Positions 58,137 to 64,000 of a stretch of DNA of 64,000 nt are shown here, piece by piece; within the stretch, counting starts at the first letter, position 1; each line of letters opens with the position of its first letter. The DNA comes from Octopus vulgaris. Its lineage: Eukaryota. A program made the position numbers and the translations under genes. The notes under the pieces are model-generated. The model worked only from the letters and a program-made list of their open reading frames with translations. It was not told the DNA's origin and ran no database searches. The DNA lies in the NCBI GenBank assembly GCA_951406725.2, contig OX597819.1, positions 110,670,001-110,734,000 of the forward strand. The letters are read 5' to 3'.

Positions 58137-59164
58137 CTATCTATCTATCAATCTAATTTTTACGTATACACACACACAACCCTACATGCATATCTTATGT
58201 GTGGGGGAGTGAGAGAGAAAGACGGAGTGTGTGTATGTGTGTGTGTATGTGGGTTGGGGTGTAGATTGGTGTTTAAAGGCGGCTGAAAACTTTACGAAGG
58301 GTTACTAAGTATGACGGTTCCGATTTTCTGAATGTCGGGAAGAATAGAATACGGACGGTCAGAGAGTGCGCGATAGTGTGTGTGTGTGTGAGTGTGTATG
58401 TATGTGTGAGTGTGTGTGTATGTGCGTGTGTATACACACATATACGAGCGTGCGCGCACTGACTGTCCGTCCGTATATATATATATATATACATACATAT
58501 AAGTAGTTTTAGAGACAGAACCTCCCTAAACTCAATCAACATTGAAAGATATTATACCCGACCGGGTCATAAATTATTATATATGATACTTACTACATCT
58601 ATTTAGAATCCCATACTTTCTATTTTAACGACAACACGTGTTTCATGACAGTATGTCGGTACTTTAGAGATATAAGGTCTCTAGTTTCAATGCTCAATTA
58701 GATCGATGCACTCCCAATCTTCAGGTCTGGATTCGACACATTTATTACTCTATCTACATTCTATATAACTCTATGATGTCTGAAATTATTTGACTAAAAA
58801 TCGTTAACATAATTTTACTTTACAAATTAATGAATAAAAATAAAAATAAAAATAATGAATGAACCTTAAAAATTTAAGAAATAAAATTTTGAGGAATAAA
58901 ATATAATATTAATTAGAATTACCTCCCTTACATTGGAATTATCAAGTGTGGATTGTAAGTTATTCGCAAGATGTAGCCATGTTTAATTTTTGCAGGAGGG
59001 AACCACAAATAGATAACTTAACATTCGTTTTGTTCATTATTTTTATTTCTATTTTTATTTCATATTCTTATTCGTATTTTTTATCCTCTTTTATATCTTA
59101 AATTTTTATTTCTTAAATTTTTAAGGCTCATTCATTATTTAAAGGTTCATTCATTATTTAAATG

Positions 59165-60305
59165 ACTTTTCAAATCATCCTAAATTAACCATCGATAGTA
59201 TCAATACGGTTATCTCTATTAGAATCTCCAAACTATCAGCAAACGAGGATATTTTAACGCACGTGCCCCACTTTATAATCATGCCCTAAATCTGAGCGGC
59301 TTTCATGATTATATTTTCTACATCCTGACACCAAATTCAAAACCAAATTAGCTAATCTAACATCTGACATTAACTCTGATATGACTAAAACGATCTCTTC
59401 CTTAAATTATAAACATATAAGAAAACTTTTTGTTAGCCGTACTAAATTTATAATGGGCATTTTAGTAATGCAGTCCCTCTATAGCTGAACACACTAATGC
59501 GGTAACACACTCTAAATCTAGAAAAAGAGAATTTGTTTGGTTCACCTCACTACTCCATTTTCTCTCAGAGTCAAAAATTTACCAAAACCATTCTTCAAAA
59601 TTCTGAAACCAAATTTTCCTAAACACCACAAATATTATCCTATATTCAATAAGTACTCTATAAAATTATCTTACTCTACCACGCCTAATTTGGGTTTGAT
59701 TATCGCATCTTCAAACAGAAATGAGTCCAACTCCAAATAACTAAAAACGTAGATCACTATAAGATATCCTATATCATCTTGATCCCCTTGACCGACCAGT
59801 CCGTCGGGCGTCCATTTGACACCACTGGTCACAGTACGCTGTCCACTCCTCTCTGGATCGCACCTTTCTCATCCACGTGATCCCAGTCGTCCTCCTGAAA
59901 TCGTAACTCCACCGTCGTGGAGGCCTTCCGGGTGGTCGTTTCCGCTCGTGCGGGTACCACTCGACAACTGCGCGGGTCCACCGATTATCGGTGAGCCGGA
60001 CGATATGTCCAGCCCATCTAAACTTGCTGCGTGAATACTCTGCGATGACATCCCTCACGCCGGACTTCTTTCTGATGATCTCGCTACAGCTGTGCTCTCT
60101 CAACGATATACCAAGATATAAGATACCCCATATAAGTCCAAATAATATTAATAAAACAATAATAGATAAGAATACAAAAATCTGTAATTGTAGGGCCCCT
60201 GAATTAGATCTGCTCACTGGTTTCTGTTTGCGTAAAGACGTAATCTATAAATGCAACGTGGCAAAAGACAAGCATTAAGTTTGAGTATACATAGGAAGCA
60301 CCTAT
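59165..60305 (+). mobile_element. Penelope relic (thumb/linker + GIY-YIG start) interrupted by an RTE fragment
   Basis: NHPKLTI..RISKLSANE, RKREFVWF, FPKHHKYYPIFNKYSIKLSYS, CNCR..CLRKDVIYKC..VYIGS. Confidence 0.8.
59775..60116 (-). mobile_element. 5'-truncated RTE LINE 3' end
   Basis: IRKKSGVRDVI..KFRWAGHIVRLTDNRWTRAVVEWYP..KRPPGRPPRRW; flanked by an imperfect 17-bp duplication. Confidence 0.9.
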
Positions 60306-60919
60306 TTGATCTTGTCAATAGTCTCGACTCTTTAAACGATATTTAACCATCAGTTGATATCGAACAGATTACATTCCTCCGTATCAAGAACTCTATAATG
60401 TTATGATTCTTCTGCTTGAAAATCCTTTATTTGCCTGCAACGAAGGACAGGCAGAAAGTTACTACAGTGAACGAGTAAATCTACCAACATGTGCAATTTG
60501 AATGACGTATGTAAGATAATAAAAAGCTATACTAACTTTTACATGAGTTTCGGTACAACTCTCGTATATTATAAAACATCTTAAATACTATTAGAAACGG
60601 TAACTACCCATAAATATCAATGCTTCATTTGGCTTTTATATTTTTATGTCTTTTGGATGTTTTGGCTAATAAAGCAGTATCAATAATATCGTTTTATATG
60701 TTGAACAGTTTTTTTTCCGGTAAATGAACGATATTATGATATACACATGGTAGTACAACTTTAATGGGTATATAAACACACAGAGAGGAAAAGAAAGCAA
60801 GAGAGAGGGGGAGAGATGGGGGAGAGATGGGGGAGAGATGGGGGAGATGGAAATAGAAAAATAGATAATGTTTATATTTACGCATAAAAATATTTTTAAA
60901 TGCGTATACAAACGAGTAA

Positions 60920-60974
<55 letters not shown>

Positions 60975-60977
<3 letters not shown>

Positions 60978-61245
60978 GTCATGGACTCTCCTGTCGTTAG
61001 ACGGCGTATAAGGGTGCAGCAATTTCTTGTCGAACAACCAGACATATGATTTGTTTAGAGCGGTCAAATGTTTGTCTTCACTTAATGTCCCTCCCTGCAT
61101 CGAAACGACATTACCAGCACATGTGCACATGTCATGAAATGATCAAACAGAAATGTGAAATGAAGTACTTTAGCCAAGAACACAACCCAACGCTCGGTCT
61201 GGGAATCGAATCCACGATCTCACAAACGTCAGTGCGACACCCTAT
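60975..61245 (-). mobile_element. Diverged SINE with a family C-type head
   Basis: Minus strand has the B-box region tagggtgtcgcac..gtggattcgattcccagaccgagcgttg. Confidence 0.6.
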
Positions 61246-61359
61246 ATATGCGTACCCACATGCATACATACACTCACATAAATATACACATGTACATGCG
61301 CATGTCCATATGTATACATTTACACATACATATACATATATATATATATATATATGACA

Positions 61360-61560
61360 TTCACAGAAAAACAAAAGACGAAAACAGGTGTATAAACAAC
61401 AAGGAGGTGTATTAGTTCGACGTTCGGGAAGGTGAGAAAGGCTTTTACATTTCGAGCCTACGCTCTTCAACAGAAAGGAACGTGAGGAAATAAACAGCGA
61501 GAGAATATAAAACGTTTGGAGTTAGCTGTGAGTCATGGCGACTGGCTGGACAAAGGTAGT
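61360..61560 (-). mobile_element. pLTR-like module with degenerate hammerhead (61442-61477)
   Basis: CTTT CTGTTGA A GAGC-gtag-GCTC GAA ATGT A AAAG; core A6 is substituted. Confidence 0.55.
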
Positions 61561-61784
61561 TAGACAGGTGAGCTAGGAGGAAGGGGAAATAATAAAGTAT
61601 TGGTGATCCGAAAACGAAGGTGCGCGTGCGTGTGTGTATGTGAAAGTGTGCGTGTGCCTGTGGATAGGGCTGGTGATTTTGACGTGTCGATGTGTGGAAA
61701 TTAACTAGAAAAAAAGGAAAACAAAATAGATTCCAAAATGATTCAAAAATAGAATTCTCGAATATATATATATATATGTATATA

Positions 61785-61946
61785 TACGACGGGCTTGTTT
61801 CTGTTTCCGTCTACAAAAACCACTCACAAGGCTTTATCCTGTTCGAGGGTATAGTAGAAGACATTTGCCCATGGTGTCACGCAGTGGAACTGAACCCGGA
61901 ACCATGTGGTTGCTATGCAAGATACCACACAGCCAGTCCTGCGCCT
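61785..61946 (-). mobile_element. SINE family A, 5' half
   Basis: Reverse-complement head and body. Confidence 0.8.
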
Positions 61947-62091
61947 ATACAACCCCCCCCCCCCCACACACACATTCAGAGAGGCACAGAAACAGTTAAA
62001 CAACAAACCGATAAATAGATAGATAGATATACCTATGTATGTATATATACATCGGATTGTGTACGTATTTATGTGTGTGTATATATATATA

Positions 62092-62380
62092 TCACCGTGA
62101 CCGGCCAGGCTATCAGTTATTGCTACACATCGCTGGTCGCATTGTTTTAGTCTCCAAATGACCCCACTCCGCTGGCTAAGCGAGCAGGCCAACAGAAAAA
62201 AGAGTGACAGAAAGTTATGGCGAAAGAGTTCAGTAGGGATCGCCACCACCCCCTGCCGGAGCCTCGTGGAGCTGTAGGTGTTTTCGGTCAATAAACATTC
62301 ACAACGCCCGATCTGGCAATCGAAACCGCGATCCTACGACCTCGAGTCCGCTGCCCTAACCACTGGGCCATAGCGCTTCT
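62092..62380 (-). mobile_element. SINE family C
   Basis: Homolog of 35016-35313. Confidence 0.88.
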
Positions 62381-62444
62381 GCACACACATATATATATGT
62401 ATATATATGTATATATATATATACATACATACATATATATATAC

Positions 62445-62481
<37 letters not shown>

Positions 62482-62502
62482 CATACATATATATATATAT
62501 AC

Positions 62503-62545
<43 letters not shown>

Positions 62546-62556
62546 TGTATGTATGC

Positions 62557-62589
<33 letters not shown>

Positions 62590-63398
62590 TGTATGTATGT
62601 TACGTACACATATACACACATACACGTGGTAGTCACCTGAAGGAAGATAGAAGCTAAGACGTTTATTTGCAAAGTAGTTTCTTTACGTTGTATATCTTGA
62701 AATTCGACAGTGGACACGTGTGTATGTTGTCGATGTGAGCAAAACCAGCAACAGTAACAACACCAACAATAATACCAGCAACGAGAGAGGGTAAGGGCAG
62801 CGACGGCAGGCGATGAACCCGAGCCAGCGTGCCAAGGGAGCTGTTGGAAGGTGCTTGATCGCGGACCCTCATAGAGAGGGGGCGGGATTATTAGATGTGA
62901 CGGAGGAGAAAGTGTGCGTGTGCGGCGTATGAGTGTGAGTGTGTGTGCACGTGCATGCCCTTGTGGACATGTTTATATATGTTGCTGTATGCGTGTTCGC
63001 ATATGATTGTGAATGTGAGCGCACGTGTGTGCGCATGCATGTGTGTGTGTGTGTGTGATGTGTGTGTGTGCATGTGTGTGTGTATGTGCGTGTGTGAAGA
63101 GTAGTGTTCGTATTGGTGGTGCAGTGCGTTATAGTATTATTTTTCGTTTCAAATTCTCTTTACCCGGGGTTCGAAAACTGAAGTAGTGTTGCAGGTGATG
63201 GGGATATTGGTGGTAGAGGTGATGGTGGTGGTAGTGGAGGTAGTGGTGGTGGAGGTGGTGCTGGTGGTGAATGTGCAGGATCACGGGTAGGCGGGAATCT
63301 ATAGGAAAAGAGTCAACTGGGCGGTAGAGACTCATCGACGAAGAGTGTGCCTCATGGATGCGTGGGTGCATACATACATACATACATACATACATACA

Positions 63399-63447
<49 letters not shown>

Positions 63448-63448
<1 letters not shown>

Positions 63449-63600
63449 GTTAATCCAAACAAGAAAGCACAAAAAACACAACAACGCGAGGGCGTGGAAC
63501 AAATATAGTATTATTGGACGGTTTAACGTTTCGAGCGGAGCTCTTCGTCGGAAACATAGGAGAAGGAAAGATCCAGAGAAGGGAAGACAGAGGAAAAAAA
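63448..63600 (-). mobile_element. Hammerhead-bearing module, copy 3
   Basis: HHR at 63521-63555: GTTT CCGACGA A GAGC-TCC-GCTC GAA ACGT T AAAC; (TA)n flanks. Confidence 0.75.
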
Positions 63601-63611
63601 AAAAATATATA

Positions 63612-63800
63612 TATGTTTGTTCCCCCAACGTGGCTTGACAACCGATGCTGGTGTGTTTACGTCCCTGTAACCTAGCGATTCGGCAAGACAGACCGATAGA
63701 ATAAGTACTAGGCTTCCAAAGAATAAGTCCTAGGGTCGATTTTTTCGACAACAGGCGCTGCTCCAGCATGGTCGCAGTCAAATAAAACAAATAAAAGAGA
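63612..63800 (+). mobile_element. SINE family A, 3' half
   Basis: Matches 32410-32610. Confidence 0.8.
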
Positions 63801-64000
63801 TACACACACATATATATGTGTGTGAGAGTGCGTGTTTGTGTGTGTGTGTGTAAATCCAAGTTCAGGGAATGGTGCAGGTGAAATTTAGGCTACATATGTT
63901 TCCTAGCTAGCAGGAACTCGGAAGTAGTAATTATTCGACGAGGGATACTCTTAAACATCAGGCTGGAGATATCTTAGTTAAATGAGGGTTACATTGCCGC

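Overview
AT-rich, microsatellite-saturated eukaryotic non-coding DNA (intergenic or deep intronic). The SINE families and repeat landscape resemble what I recall of octopus/cephalopod genomes; this is inference, not a database match. I found no host protein-coding gene, and nearly all ORF-track entries are translations of (TA)n/(CA)n/(TACA)n/(TAA)n repeats. Recognisable content: at least three tRNA-derived SINE families (>20 copies); two full-length decayed mariner transposons; two maT/DD37D-like relics; a mariner-type MITE; a probable non-autonomous Helitron; R4/Dong-like RLE retrotransposon pieces sitting in (TAA)n; a Tx1-like 3' end in (GATA)n; RTE 3' ends; and five Penelope-like (RT/GIY-YIG) relics. 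The most notable unannotated signal is a set of hammerhead-ribozyme (HHR) motifs in Penelope-type pseudo-LTR pieces. Two appear complete (44584-44628 and 46408-46456, minus strand), and the second lies in a ~57-bp fold-back inverted repeat. A recurring ~200-bp HHR-bearing module is also inserted in dinucleotide microsatellites. Element boundaries were read by eye and are approximate.
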